This document shows, one piece after another, positions 1 to 9,507 of a DNA stretch of 64,000 nt. Positions within the stretch are counted from its first letter, which is position 1; every line of letters begins with the position of its first letter. The stretch is from Negativicutes bacterium. Its GTDB lineage: Bacteria > Bacillota > Negativicutes > JAGPMH01. The stretch spans positions 1,950 to 65,949 of the forward strand of contig JAGPMH010000002.1 of NCBI GenBank assembly GCA_018052945.1. The letters run 5' to 3'. Below the pieces are notes generated by a model that made no database searches, was not told the origin of the DNA, and saw only the letters and a program-made list of their open reading frames with translations. The position numbers and the translations under genes are program-made.

Positions 1-116
1 AATAGCGTTCCTAAAACATATTGTTTAAAATCCCAACCATCGACCGAACCTCTAACATCATTCGCAATCTTCCAGATTTGAGATTGTAACTCCGCACGCT
101 GTACCACACTCGACAT
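1..116 (-). CDS. hsdM: Type I restriction-modification methyltransferase subunit HsdM, N-terminal fragment; gene continues beyond the window edge
   Basis: Minus-strand ATG at 116 preceded by a GGAGG SD. Translation MSSVVQRAELQSQIWKIANDVRGSVDGWDFKQYVLGTL matches the conserved HsdM N-terminus (LWxxAdxLRG...YKxYvLGLL). Confidence 0.5.
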   Translation of the reverse strand, partial: MSSVVQRAELQSQIWKIANDVRGSVDGWDFKQYVLGTL

Positions 117-339
117 TGTTCTACCTCCAATTATTATAATTCCACTAGTATAAGTATTGTATGAACATTTCTCTCAACATCACACTTTAAAAAATCTTTA
201 GTAATAATTCTTAACCAAAATAAAAAATAACACTTCCTATATTTTAACAAAGATTAATATATAAGTATATTGCTTTGGTTGAGTTTCAAAAAATTAATTG
301 TATTTTAAACATTTATTGATTATAAACTACGGATATTAA

Positions 340-407
340 CTTATTTTATCAATAAAAAAGAGTCCTTAGTAGCTGAATTTTAAAATTCAAGCTATTAAGG
401 ACTCTTT
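340..407 (-). terminator. Intrinsic terminator downstream of cysK
   Basis: Long imperfect hairpin aaagagtccttagtagctgaatttta / taaaattcaagctattaaggactcttt, followed on the minus strand by a U-run. Confidence 0.4.
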
Positions 408-417
408 AATATTATCT

Positions 418-1344
418 TTATTTAAATAGTACTGTTGATAAATATCTTTCACCAGAATCAGGTAATAAGACAACGATGTTTTTCCCTTTGTTTTCTTTTC
501 TAGCACTTATTACAGTGGCAGCATGAAGTACTGCACCGGAGGAAATACCAACTAATAAGCCTTCTGTTTTCGCCACTTCACGTGCTGCGATATAGGCTTC
601 ATCATCTTCGACACCAATAACTTCATCAATTATTTCCATATTCATCACTGCCGGAATAAATCCAGCGCCAATTCCTTGTAAGTTATGCACTCCCGGACTT
701 CCTCCTGCTAACACTGCTGAACCTTTAGGCTCAACGGCAATAATCTTAACATTAGGATTTTTTTCTTTTAGTGCTTCACCAACACCAGAAATAGTCCCAC
801 CGGTACCAACTCCGGCAATAAAAATATCAACTTTACCGGCTGTATCCTGCCAAATTTCTTGTGCCGTCTTTACTTTGTGGACCAGCGGATTAGCGGAGTT
901 TTCAAATTGTTGCGGGATAAAAGCATTGCCATATTTTTTTGCCAATCTTTTCGCTTCATTAATAGAGCCTTGCATGCCTTCTTCGCCAGGAGTTAAGACA
1001 ACTTCTGCGCCTAATGCTGAAACAATCAATCGACGTTCAATACTCATAGTATCAGGCATTGTTAAAATTAATTTAAGCCCTCTAGCTGCTGTAACCATCG
1101 CTAATCCAATACCGGTATTGCCACTAGTTGGCTCAATAATAACTGTATCTTTATTGATTTTACCATTTGCCATACCATCATCAATCATCGATAAGGCTAC
1201 CCGATCCTTAATACTGCTCATAGGATTAAAAAATTCAACTTTAGCAATAATATTTGCTTCAATTTTATTGTTTTTTTCATAGTTATTTAATCTTAATAAC
1301 GGCGTCTTTCCGATTAATTCTGTTAAACTATTTGCTATTTTCAC
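418..1344 (-). CDS. cysK: Cysteine synthase A (O-acetylserine sulfhydrylase), PLP-dependent
   Basis: 308 aa. N-terminal LTELIGKTPLLRLN, SIKDR PLP-lysine motif and GTGGT glycine loop are typical of CysK. Confidence 0.9.
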   Translation of the reverse strand: MKIANSLTELIGKTPLLRLNNYEKNNKIEANIIAKVEFFNPMSSIKDRVALSMIDDGMANGKINKDTVIIEPTSGNTGIGLAMVTAARGLKLILTMPDTMSIERRLIVSALGAEVVLTPGEEGMQGSINEAKRLAKKYGNAFIPQQFENSANPLVHKVKTAQEIWQDTAGKVDIFIAGVGTGGTISGVGEALKEKNPNVKIIAVEPKGSAVLAGGSPGVHNLQGIGAGFIPAVMNMEIIDEVIGVEDDEAYIAAREVAKTEGLLVGISSGAVLHAATVISARKENKGKNIVVLLPDSGERYLSTVLFK

Positions 1345-1639
1345 TATTTTTTGCCTCCTTAGTATTGTCTTGATAAATTAAGGTTTTATGTTCACTATCA
1401 TTATTTAATTCTTTTTTGACAAAACTACATTTAGGATCAATACTTTTCCCTTCACTTTTTGCCAAAAAAATAATCTCGCTTAACAGCTTTTGTCCAATTT
1501 TTTGTCCTCTTAGTGCTGGTGAAACATAAGTATGATCAACGACTATTAAATTATCTTGATAATAAAAAGTTATTTTAGCTAATGGATTTTTGCTATCACC
1601 ACAGTAAAACATTGTTCCGTCTCTTTTTATCTCCATCAT
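1328..1639 (-). CDS. Small GNAT-family N-acetyltransferase (YjdJ-like)
   Basis: 103 aa. The VDHTYVSPALRGQKIGQKLL motif resembles a GNAT acetyl-CoA binding core. AGGAG SD 7 nt upstream of the ATG at 1639. Confidence 0.55.
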   Translation of the reverse strand: MMEIKRDGTMFYCGDSKNPLAKITFYYQDNLIVVDHTYVSPALRGQKIGQKLLSEIIFLAKSEGKSIDPKCSFVKKELNNDSEHKTLIYQDNTKEAKNSENSK

Positions 1640-1649
1640 AACACAACTC

Positions 1650-2990
1650 CTATGTTTTAAATTGATATTTCATAGTGTAATAATAAGCAATTATCAGTGG
1701 CACTGCCGAACCAATCCACGCTAGCGGGCTAGCACTACAAACGCCGGTGAAGCCAAAATAGTTTGCCATATAGACAGCGGCAAAGATTCGCATAAACAGT
1801 TCCATAATGCCGGCAATGGTTGGAACTAAACTTTTTCCTAATCCCTGCAAGGTATAGCGATAGATAAATAACAGTGCCAAAATCCAGTAAAATAGTCCGC
1901 TAATATGTAAATAAGTTTGTGCTAAGGATATAACTTTAGTTTCTCCGGGGCCGACAAAGAAACTCGCCATATAGCCACCATAAAAAATATTAACAATACC
2001 AATACCAAGGCTAAATAACCCTGACATCAAGATACATTGATTGACCCCTTGCTTTATTCTAAGAATATTTTGTGCACCATAGTTTTGAGCAGTATAAGTA
2101 GCCATTGCCATCCCAAATGACATCATCGGCATTATTGCAATCATATCAATTTTTTGAGCAGCAGCAAACGCCGCAATAGCTTCTGAACCTAAACCATTTA
2201 AAGCAACTTGAACAATAATCGCTCCTAATGCTATCAAAATTGCTTGAAATGCCATCGGAAAACCAATTCTTAGATGTTGCATAATACTCTTATAGTCAAT
2301 CTGCCAATCACTTTTGGTAATTCTTAAAATTGGTAATTTTTTTAAAATATATAAAAAACAAAGTCCACCTGCTAAAATCTGTGCCAAAACAGTAGCTAAG
2401 GCCGCTCCGGGAATGCCCATTTTGAAAACTATAATAAATAATAGCTCTAGCCCAATATTTAAAAAGCTACCAAAAATTAAAAACCATAGGGGCGATTTAC
2501 TGTCACCAATTGCCCTGATTAAGTTTGCCATCATGTTAAATAACATTGTGGCACCAATTCCGCCATATATTATTACTAAAAAGTTATAAGCATCTTCAAT
2601 AATTTCGGGCGGAGTTTGCATTATTTCCAGTAAAAATTTTGCCGATAAAACTCCACTCAACGTTAAAACGATACTACATAAAACAGTCAAAATAATACAA
2701 GTTACAACACTGTTTTTGACGCCTTTTATATCATTAGCGCCAAATCTTTGTCCGGTGACAATCGAAAAACCACTGGTTAGTCCTATCAAAAAGCCTATCA
2801 TTAAAAACATCAAGCTTCCGGTTGAACCAACCGCCGCCAGAGCATTTATTCCCAAGGTTCTACCAACAATTAAGGTATCAACTACAATATAAAATTGTTG
2901 AACAATATTACCGGCAATCAAGGGTAGAGTAAACATAAAAATTAGCTTTGCCGGATTACCGACAGTCATATTTTTTTCCATAAACATCAT
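1650..2990 (-). CDS. MATE family multidrug efflux transporter
   Basis: 446 aa polytopic membrane protein with the typical MATE N-terminus (GNPAKLIFMFTLPLIAGNIVQQFY). Confidence 0.85.
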   Translation of the reverse strand: MMFMEKNMTVGNPAKLIFMFTLPLIAGNIVQQFYIVVDTLIVGRTLGINALAAVGSTGSLMFLMIGFLIGLTSGFSIVTGQRFGANDIKGVKNSVVTCIILTVLCSIVLTLSGVLSAKFLLEIMQTPPEIIEDAYNFLVIIYGGIGATMLFNMMANLIRAIGDSKSPLWFLIFGSFLNIGLELLFIIVFKMGIPGAALATVLAQILAGGLCFLYILKKLPILRITKSDWQIDYKSIMQHLRIGFPMAFQAILIALGAIIVQVALNGLGSEAIAAFAAAQKIDMIAIMPMMSFGMAMATYTAQNYGAQNILRIKQGVNQCILMSGLFSLGIGIVNIFYGGYMASFFVGPGETKVISLAQTYLHISGLFYWILALLFIYRYTLQGLGKSLVPTIAGIMELFMRIFAAVYMANYFGFTGVCSASPLAWIGSAVPLIIAYYYTMKYQFKT

Positions 2991-3041
2991 TCTCTTCTTT
3001 TAAGTTACACTTTTTTTATTATATCATAATTTTTGCTGTTA

Positions 3042-3070
3042 AATAAAAAAAAGGCCCTTCGGCCTTTTTT
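3042..3070 (-). terminator. Rho-independent terminator after the glutathione peroxidase gene
   Basis: A-run, GC hairpin aaggcc-cttc-ggcctt, then T-run. Overlaps the gpx stop codon. Confidence 0.6.
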
Positions 3071-3551
3071 ATAATAATTTTTCGATATCCGGAACAATGC
3101 TTTGTGGATTAGTAGTCGGAGCATAACGATTGACAACCTCTCCATTTTTATTTACTAAAAATTTAGTAAAATTCCACTTGATACTGCTATTGAAAAATCC
3201 TGAAGAATTTTCTGTTAGATGTTTAAATAAAGGATGAGCATTTTTCCCTTTGACATCAATTTTGGCAAAAATCGGGAAAGAAACTCCATAATTGATTTGA
3301 CAAAAGTTTTGAATCTCTTCATTATTATCAAATTCTTGCTTTAGAAATTGATCGCACGGAAATCCTAAAATTACCAACCCTTTGTCTTTATACTTTAAAT
3401 AAATTTCTTCTAAATCTTTAAATTGCGGGGTAAAACCACATTTGCTGGCAGTATTAACAATTAATAAGACCTTATCTTTGTATTCTGCTAGAGACTGTTC
3501 GCCCCCTCGGGCTAATGGAACTGTTATTTCATATAAACTCATTGCTATCAC
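3069..3551 (-). CDS. Glutathione peroxidase
   Basis: 160 aa. VNTASKCGFTPQ and LGFPCDQF signature motifs of the GPx family. Confidence 0.85.
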   Translation of the reverse strand: MIAMSLYEITVPLARGGEQSLAEYKDKVLLIVNTASKCGFTPQFKDLEEIYLKYKDKGLVILGFPCDQFLKQEFDNNEEIQNFCQINYGVSFPIFAKIDVKGKNAHPLFKHLTENSSGFFNSSIKWNFTKFLVNKNGEVVNRYAPTTNPQSIVPDIEKLL

Positions 3552-3560
3552 CTCATATTT

Positions 3561-4400
3561 TTATTGCCAAGCTATGGTCAAGGCTTTTCTACTTACTGTT
3601 CTTTTAAATTTATATTTTGGATAACCAACCATCAATGCACCTGCTACAACCTTATTATGACCTAGCGTCACTAACTCTAATAAAGGTTTATATTCTGCTA
3701 CAAAACAAGCTTCAACAATACCAGCCCAGCAAGTTCCAAGATTTATTGTATTTGCATATAATTCCGCATAAGTTAAGGCAAACCTAGCATTATCACGCCC
3801 TCTTGGCAACATAGCTTTATCAATCGTTGCTAATATCAGGCCCGGTGCCCCTCTTAAGATACCATCCTTACCTTCTTGACGGTATCTGTCAACATAACCT
3901 TTAAAATAAAGACCTAAGGGGTTTTTAGCAGTAATTAATGTTTCCATCCAAGTAACAACAACTTCAATAATATTTTTTAAAACATCTTTATCATCTATAA
4001 CATGATAACTAACGCCTTGAGTATTAATCGCCGTTGGTGCCATTCTGGCAACATCAAGTAATGATACTATTTTATTGCGCTCAACTGTATCTTCTTTATA
4101 ACATCTTATAGAACGTCTTGATCTTAAAAAGGCACTGGCTGTATCAGCATCTATTACCGGTATTGCTACTGGAACAGTTTCTTGTTTGGGCGTTTTTTTA
4201 TTATCAAGCACGCCAACTGGACAAATCGCTACACAATGTCCACATTCCATACAAGAATCTTTGGCAATCACCGGACCAACTTCCGCCATTGTTAGCGTAT
4301 CATTTGGGCAAACCTCTACGCAAATACCACATTTTGTACATTGCTCATAATTTACATTGATAAAATCCACTGTATTCTCATCTCCTTTTAAAATGACCAT
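3561..4400 (-). CDS. Ferredoxin-nitroreductase fusion protein (2x[4Fe-4S] N-terminal domain + nitroreductase domain)
   Basis: 279 aa. Two CxxCxxCxxxCP motifs (CTKCGICVEVCP, CMECGHCVAICP) followed by nitroreductase-family sequence (RRSIRCY...). Confidence 0.7.
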   Translation of the reverse strand: MVILKGDENTVDFINVNYEQCTKCGICVEVCPNDTLTMAEVGPVIAKDSCMECGHCVAICPVGVLDNKKTPKQETVPVAIPVIDADTASAFLRSRRSIRCYKEDTVERNKIVSLLDVARMAPTAINTQGVSYHVIDDKDVLKNIIEVVVTWMETLITAKNPLGLYFKGYVDRYRQEGKDGILRGAPGLILATIDKAMLPRGRDNARFALTYAELYANTINLGTCWAGIVEACFVAEYKPLLELVTLGHNKVVAGALMVGYPKYKFKRTVSRKALTIAWQ

Positions 4401-4451
4401 TCGTCTAATAATTTTGAAAAATAAATATATGCAGTTTGAAGCATATATTTA

Positions 4452-5060
4452 TCAAGATAAACAATTAAATAAAGTTTGTAAGTTATTTTGCAACGGTTCT
4501 ATTGATTTTTTTACTTTCAATTCCAATAGACTACCTTGCCAATTATTCCAAATCAAATCAGCAATTCTTTCCGGTGCTATAGCAGTAGTAAATTCACCAT
4601 TAGCTTGTCCGATAATAATTCGTTCAATTAAGACTTCTTTAAAAGACTTAATTGCCACTGCTAAAGCGTTTCGGCATTTATCACTGGCAGCACTGATTTC
4701 AGCAGCTAAATTACCTAATAAGCACCCTTTTTGTGACTCTGAACAATCATAATCTTTGGTAATATCAAGAAAAACTTGTATTAATTTCTCATTGTCTTGA
4801 CTATTACTATTAATGCGTGTTGTCCATTCCAAAAGATGTTTTTCAGTGTAAAAATTAATAACTGCCACCCCAAAATCCTCTTTACTGGAAAAATAATTAT
4901 AAAAAGAACCTTTGGGAATCTCGGCGGCATCAGCAATTTCTTGAATGCCTGTGGCATTGTAGCCTTTTGCTTCAAATAAACTTAAACCTTTTGCTAAAAT
5001 GTTATCTTTTGTCTTTTTTATTTCATTATTGTTTTTTCTACTCATGTTTTTAATATACAA
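4452..5060 (-). CDS. TetR/AcrR family transcriptional regulator
   Basis: 202 aa. N-terminal HTH ILAKGLSLFEAKGYNATGIQEIADAAEIPKGSFYNYF is diagnostic of TetR_N. Confidence 0.8.
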   Translation of the reverse strand: MYIKNMSRKNNNEIKKTKDNILAKGLSLFEAKGYNATGIQEIADAAEIPKGSFYNYFSSKEDFGVAVINFYTEKHLLEWTTRINSNSQDNEKLIQVFLDITKDYDCSESQKGCLLGNLAAEISAASDKCRNALAVAIKSFKEVLIERIIIGQANGEFTTAIAPERIADLIWNNWQGSLLELKVKKSIEPLQNNLQTLFNCLS

Positions 5061-5082
5061 CTGGTCATATTAATTGTCAATG

Positions 5083-5325
5083 CTAATTTTTTTGCACTGT
5101 TACTTCCACGCCTTGCTTTTCTAAAAAAGTTTTCATTTCACAAAGATATTTATGGCCTTTGCTATTGATATAACATGATTTACAAATTTGAATATCAACT
5201 TTTTTAACACCTCGTTGAGCATGACCAAACGCCATATCACAAAGGCATTCAGCATGTTCTTTGTAAATATCACCATTTACTTGTAAGTGCAATTCATTGT
5301 CATCACCATCAACTTTAATCTTCAT
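5083..5325 (-). CDS. Hypothetical small Cys/His-rich protein (possible metal-binding)
   Basis: About 80 aa with C-x-C...C-x2-C...C spacing. No confident family assignment. Co-oriented with the Feo cluster. Confidence 0.3.
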   Translation of the reverse strand: MKIKVDGDDNELHLQVNGDIYKEHAECLCDMAFGHAQRGVKKVDIQICKSCYINSKGHKYLCEMKTFLEKQGVEVTVQKN

Positions 5326-5330
5326 AACCA

Positions 5331-5486
5331 CTACCCTTTCTTTGTTGCTTGACTACAACATTTTCCAGCACATGAATTAGCGGACGAACACTGACACACT
5401 TCTTTTCCTTGAGAACTTTTTACTGCCAACTGTATCAAGTAACCTACCGCTATAATACCAATTAAACCTAAAATCAATTTTTCCAT
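5331..5486 (-). CDS. FeoB-associated Cys-rich membrane protein (51 aa; below the ORF-track size cut-off)
   Basis: Hand translation of the minus strand gives MEKLILGLIGIIAVGYLIQLAVKSSQGKEVCQCSSANSCAGKCCSQATKKG*. That is one N-terminal TM helix plus a C-terminal Cys-rich tail, the architecture of the FeoB-associated Cys-rich membrane protein family. ATG at 5486, TAG at 5331-5333. Confidence 0.6.
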   Translation of the reverse strand: MEKLILGLIGIIAVGYLIQLAVKSSQGKEVCQCSSANSCAGKCCSQATKKG

Positions 5487-5617
5487 TATAAACTCACCTT
5501 CTTATATACTTTTAAGATAAGAACCATCTTTTAATTTTTCTTCGACCGAAGACCATGATCTTTTCGCATAAACAATCACCACCAAAAACTACTATCGACA
5601 TAATAATGCTCCTCTCT

Positions 5618-6667
5618 TTATGCACATTTTGCTATATTAACTTCTCCTGTTACAGGATTAAAAATCGAGATTATATTTCTACCATTATTTTTGGAATAAT
5701 ATAAAGCTGTATCAGCGTATTCATATATTTTATCAATCTTTTCCGGCAAATGATGTAAGCTACACAAACCTGCGGAAATTGTTACATTTAAATAATTCTT
5801 TTTATCAATCATAAAACTATTATTCTCAATAGTACTTTTTATTCTCTTGATAATCTCTAAAGTCTGCTCTGATGTTATATCTTGAAACATTATGGCATAC
5901 TCTTCGCCACCAACTCTTGCCACAACATCATCAGTTCTGGTATTTTGTTTTAAAATTTCAGCCACCTCCGCTAAAACTTTATCGCCAATTTCATGCCCAT
6001 AGGTATCGTTAACTTTTTTAAAATGATCAATATCAATCATCACTATCGATAAATTATGTTCAAAGTCATTTTTATTAATAATAATTTTATCAAGTTCACT
6101 AAAAAATTTTCGCCGATTTGCAATTCCGGTTAAAGGGTCAGTCATTGCCATTTTTTTCATTTGTTGATAAGCAATTTCTAAGTCCTTACTGCGTTTTTCT
6201 AAATCTTGTTGCATTGTAATTAGTTTTTTATTAACCAGTATTAATTTTTCATTTTGTTTATTAATATAGCGGCGTGATTCCGCCAATTCCTTTATGGTTT
6301 CTTTTAACTCGGTTTCACGCAATGCTATTTTCCTAGCCATCCAGTTCATATTTCGCATCACTGATTTAAAATCATCTTCATCATCTTGATTGGCTGAATC
6401 TTTCGGCACAGACAATCTTTCATTATAAAATCCATCTTTAATTTTATTGGAAAAAGTTTTGATTTTACCCAAAGGATTACCAACCAACATTTTTATAATT
6501 AAACTAGGTAGGGATAATGCTAGAAATATTGATACTGCAAAGGTTATCGCGCTGACTTGATTAAAATCTTTTTGCACCATTAACGAACTTTGCTGCGCTA
6601 ATATAATCATAGTGAATTGAGGAATTAATATAATAGTCATTAATATTAACCGAAATTTTAATATCAA
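5618..6667 (-). CDS. Membrane-anchored diguanylate cyclase (GGDEF domain; GGEEY active-site variant, intact RxxD I-site)
   Basis: N-terminal TM segments, a coiled-coil linker, then ...RTDDVVARVGGEEYAIMFQD.... Start uncertain (GTG at 6676 inside the SD, or TTG at 6667). Only 12 nt downstream of the feoB stop. Confidence 0.8.
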   Translation of the reverse strand: MILKFRLILMTIILIPQFTMIILAQQSSLMVQKDFNQVSAITFAVSIFLALSLPSLIIKMLVGNPLGKIKTFSNKIKDGFYNERLSVPKDSANQDDEDDFKSVMRNMNWMARKIALRETELKETIKELAESRRYINKQNEKLILVNKKLITMQQDLEKRSKDLEIAYQQMKKMAMTDPLTGIANRRKFFSELDKIIINKNDFEHNLSIVMIDIDHFKKVNDTYGHEIGDKVLAEVAEILKQNTRTDDVVARVGGEEYAIMFQDITSEQTLEIIKRIKSTIENNSFMIDKKNYLNVTISAGLCSLHHLPEKIDKIYEYADTALYYSKNNGRNIISIFNPVTGEVNIAKCA

Positions 6668-6688
6668 AACTAGCACCTCCCTTCAGGC

Positions 6689-9025
6689 TTAATATCCTAA
6701 TAATGTTCCAATTTGATAAATCGCAAAACTAGCGATCCACGCTAATATTGTAGAATAAAGAAAAGTAAAACCAGTCCATTTCCAAGAGTTTGTTTCTCTT
6801 TTTAATACTGCTAATGCTGCAAAACACGGCGAATAAAGCAGTGTAAAAATCATTAACGAAAAAGCTACTAATGGGCTAAAGATTGGATCATTTTTTATCG
6901 CTTCAGCTAATGGAGTACTTTCTTCATCGGCTTCACCTACACTATAAATAGTTCCCAATGTACTTACTAAAACTTCTTTCGCCGCCATTCCGGAAACTAA
7001 GCCCACACCAATTTTCCAATCAAAGCCCAGTGGTTTAATAACCGGTTCAATTACTCTGCCGATTTGTCCGGAATAACTTGCTGCCAAGCTTTCGCCGGCT
7101 TGTTCATTAGCTAATAATGATACTTTTTCATCTTTTTCACTTTCTAGCATTACATACTTTTTTGCAAACCCCACTAAAGCGGTATTTTCTGCTACAAAAC
7201 TATCTAAGTTTTCAGCATTAGTATTTTCACTATTAGTAGCTTCTTTTAAATTATTAACCATAGTTACTAGTTCAGTATTGTCTTCTAATTTTTCCAATCC
7301 TAGTGGTGCCAATACTTCTGTATTAACATTTTGACTAAATTGTTCTTCGGCACCTGATATCAAGCCCTCATAATCTTTACTAAACTCAACATTTGTCGGA
7401 TAGTTTGTTAAAAACCAAATTAAAATTGTCGCTGCTAAAATAAGTGTTCCGGCTTTTTTAACATACAATACCCCACGTTCCCACATATGTGTGACAATAC
7501 TACGCAATGTTGGAAGGTGATATTTCGGCATTTCCATAATAAAGGGCTCAGTATTACCTTTAAATAATGTTTTTCTAAAAATAAAAGCCATTAATACCGC
7601 TAACATTATTCCAATAAAATAAACTAAAAACAGCATTGTTCCGGCAATCTCTTCACTAAAGAATGCCCCGATTAATAAAGTATAAACCGGTAATCTAGCA
7701 CCACAACTCATTAAAGGAGCAACCAGCATTGTAACCATTCGATCTTTATTATTTTCTAACGTTCTTGTACCCATAATTGAAGGAATAGTACAACCAAAAC
7801 CAACTAATAACGGAATAAAGGATTTACCATGTAAGCCCACTGCTCGCATCACTCTATCCATAACAAAAGCGGCTCTAGCCATATAACCGGTATCTTCTAA
7901 TAAGGCAATTCCTAAAAATAAAATTAAGATATTTGGTAAGAACGATAAAACCGCTCCAACACCACCAATAATTCCATCAACCACTAGTGATTTTAAATCA
8001 CCGTTAGCCATATTTTGTCCAACAAAATCACCTAAAATAGTAATACCATTTTCAATCCATTCTTGCGGATAGGCGCCCACTGTAAAAACAAAATTAAACA
8101 ACAACCACATAATCCCAAAGAATATTGGTAATCCCCATATTTTATGAGTTAAAACATTGTCGATTTTATCCGAAAAATTTTCATCCATATGCGAATGTTT
8201 TTCCGTAACTTCAGTGTAAATTTCATTAGCAAAAGCATATCTTCTTTCGGCAAGAACTAGTTCAATTTCTTCACTGAATTTATCTTTAAGCTCAATTCTA
8301 GCTTTTTCAACAACTCTTACCACAGTTTTTCCTTCAACTTTATTTTCGATTGCAGTTACTATTTCTTGATCATTTTCTAATAATTTAATTGCTAACCACC
8401 GTAGCGGATATTTTATGCCAGCGACATTTTCTAAACATGTTATAACTTCACTGATTTTAGCTTCAATTTCTGCACCATAAAATACTTTAAACGGTTTAAT
8501 TTCTTGATTTGCTGTTGTCACAACAACTTTTTCTAAGATGTCATTAGTGCCCTCATTTTTATTACCGATTGACTTAACTACTGCTACACCAAGTTTTTCT
8601 GCTAATAATTTATCATTTACTTTTTCACCAATTTTTTCAGCTACATCCAACATATTTAAACAGACAACCATCGGGCGTTCCATTTCTAGCATTTGGACTG
8701 CCAGATAAAGATTTCTCTCTAAATTTGAGGCATCCAGAATATTAACAATCACATCTGGTCGTTCATCAATAACAACATTTCGTGCTACTAGTTCGTCTAG
8801 CGAATGAGCTGTTAAACTGTATGTTCCCGGTAAATCAATTATCAATAACTCTTTACCTGCAAAGTTTTTAAAGCCTTCTCTACGCTCTACCGTAACGCCA
8901 GGATAATTACCGGCATGCTGTCTTGCTCCGGTAATATTATTAAAAATAGTAGTTTTACCAGAGTTTGGATTACCTGCTAATGCAACTGTCAAATTACCTT
9001 TATCGTTAAGATTGTTTTTATCCAT
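6689..9025 (-). CDS. feoB: Ferrous iron transporter FeoB
   Basis: 778 aa. N-terminal G-protein domain GNPNSGKTTIFNNITG with a polytopic gate/permease domain. Confidence 0.9.
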   Translation of the reverse strand: MDKNNLNDKGNLTVALAGNPNSGKTTIFNNITGARQHAGNYPGVTVERREGFKNFAGKELLIIDLPGTYSLTAHSLDELVARNVVIDERPDVIVNILDASNLERNLYLAVQMLEMERPMVVCLNMLDVAEKIGEKVNDKLLAEKLGVAVVKSIGNKNEGTNDILEKVVVTTANQEIKPFKVFYGAEIEAKISEVITCLENVAGIKYPLRWLAIKLLENDQEIVTAIENKVEGKTVVRVVEKARIELKDKFSEEIELVLAERRYAFANEIYTEVTEKHSHMDENFSDKIDNVLTHKIWGLPIFFGIMWLLFNFVFTVGAYPQEWIENGITILGDFVGQNMANGDLKSLVVDGIIGGVGAVLSFLPNILILFLGIALLEDTGYMARAAFVMDRVMRAVGLHGKSFIPLLVGFGCTIPSIMGTRTLENNKDRMVTMLVAPLMSCGARLPVYTLLIGAFFSEEIAGTMLFLVYFIGIMLAVLMAFIFRKTLFKGNTEPFIMEMPKYHLPTLRSIVTHMWERGVLYVKKAGTLILAATILIWFLTNYPTNVEFSKDYEGLISGAEEQFSQNVNTEVLAPLGLEKLEDNTELVTMVNNLKEATNSENTNAENLDSFVAENTALVGFAKKYVMLESEKDEKVSLLANEQAGESLAASYSGQIGRVIEPVIKPLGFDWKIGVGLVSGMAAKEVLVSTLGTIYSVGEADEESTPLAEAIKNDPIFSPLVAFSLMIFTLLYSPCFAALAVLKRETNSWKWTGFTFLYSTILAWIASFAIYQIGTLLGY

Positions 9026-9047
9026 AATAAATATCTTCTCCCTGTTA

Positions 9048-9281
9048 TTAATTAAATTCTTCCACTGCTATTAAGGAAGCTTCATTTTTGCGTAACGACA
9101 AATTGAAATTTTTAACTTTAATTTCAATTGGGTCGCCTAATGGTGCATATTTTTGAACCTTTATTTCAGTTCCGGTAACAATACCCATATCAATAATTCT
9201 TCTTTTAATAGCTCCATTACCTAAAATTTTTACTACTTTACAGGTCTGCCCTGTTTTAATCAAATCTAATGTTGTTTCCAC
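9048..9281 (-). CDS. feoA: Ferrous iron transport protein FeoA
   Basis: 77 aa SH3-like FeoA (GQTCKVVKI...MGIVTGTEIKV...GDPIEIKV). Confidence 0.85.
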   Translation of the reverse strand: METTLDLIKTGQTCKVVKILGNGAIKRRIIDMGIVTGTEIKVQKYAPLGDPIEIKVKNFNLSLRKNEASLIAVEEFN

Positions 9282-9300
9282 ACCAACACTCTCCTCTTTA

Positions 9301-9368
9301 GAATGATAATCGTTATCAAATGAACTTAATTTAAAAATCGCATTTCTGCGATAATGATAATCTTTCTC
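9301..9368 (-). promoter_or_regulatory. Two Fur boxes in the feoA promoter region
   Basis: Box 1 at 9304-9318, TGATAATCGTTATCA, 13/14 match to the 7-1-7 Fur consensus. Box 2 at 9350-9362, GATAATGATAATC, is identical to the first 13 nt of the 19-bp Fur consensus. They sit 23-90 nt upstream of the feoA start. Confidence 0.5.
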
Positions 9369-9451
9369 AACTGACGAAATTTATATTACTCTTATACTTT
9401 ATAATTGTCAATACTCATTATTAAAAATTATTGTTAAATAATAAAAAATAA

Positions 9452-9497
9452 TACAACAGTACCATTTTAGTTTAGTATCTTGGCACTGTTGTATTAT
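9452..9497 (-). terminator. Terminator after the MscS-family gene
   Basis: tacaacagtacc ... ggcactgttgta stem with a U-rich tail on the minus strand. Confidence 0.4.
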
Positions 9498-9507
9498 AAA
9501 ATTACTA

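Noticed and set aside
875-1282. 135-aa plus-strand ORF, and similar antisense ORFs at 2314-2589, 4118-4752, 10640-11032, 19604-19861, 21509-22039, 25765-26004, 35539-35763, 42444-43118, 52041-52340, 54902-55456 and 57240-57557
   Set aside because: All lie entirely inside well-supported genes on the opposite strand and have low-complexity or biased composition. They are shadow ORFs.
5083-5331. Assignment of the 82-aa Cys/His protein as FeoC, TSCPD or DUF1450
   Set aside because: Cys spacing and surrounding residues do not match any of these families by eye. Left as hypothetical.
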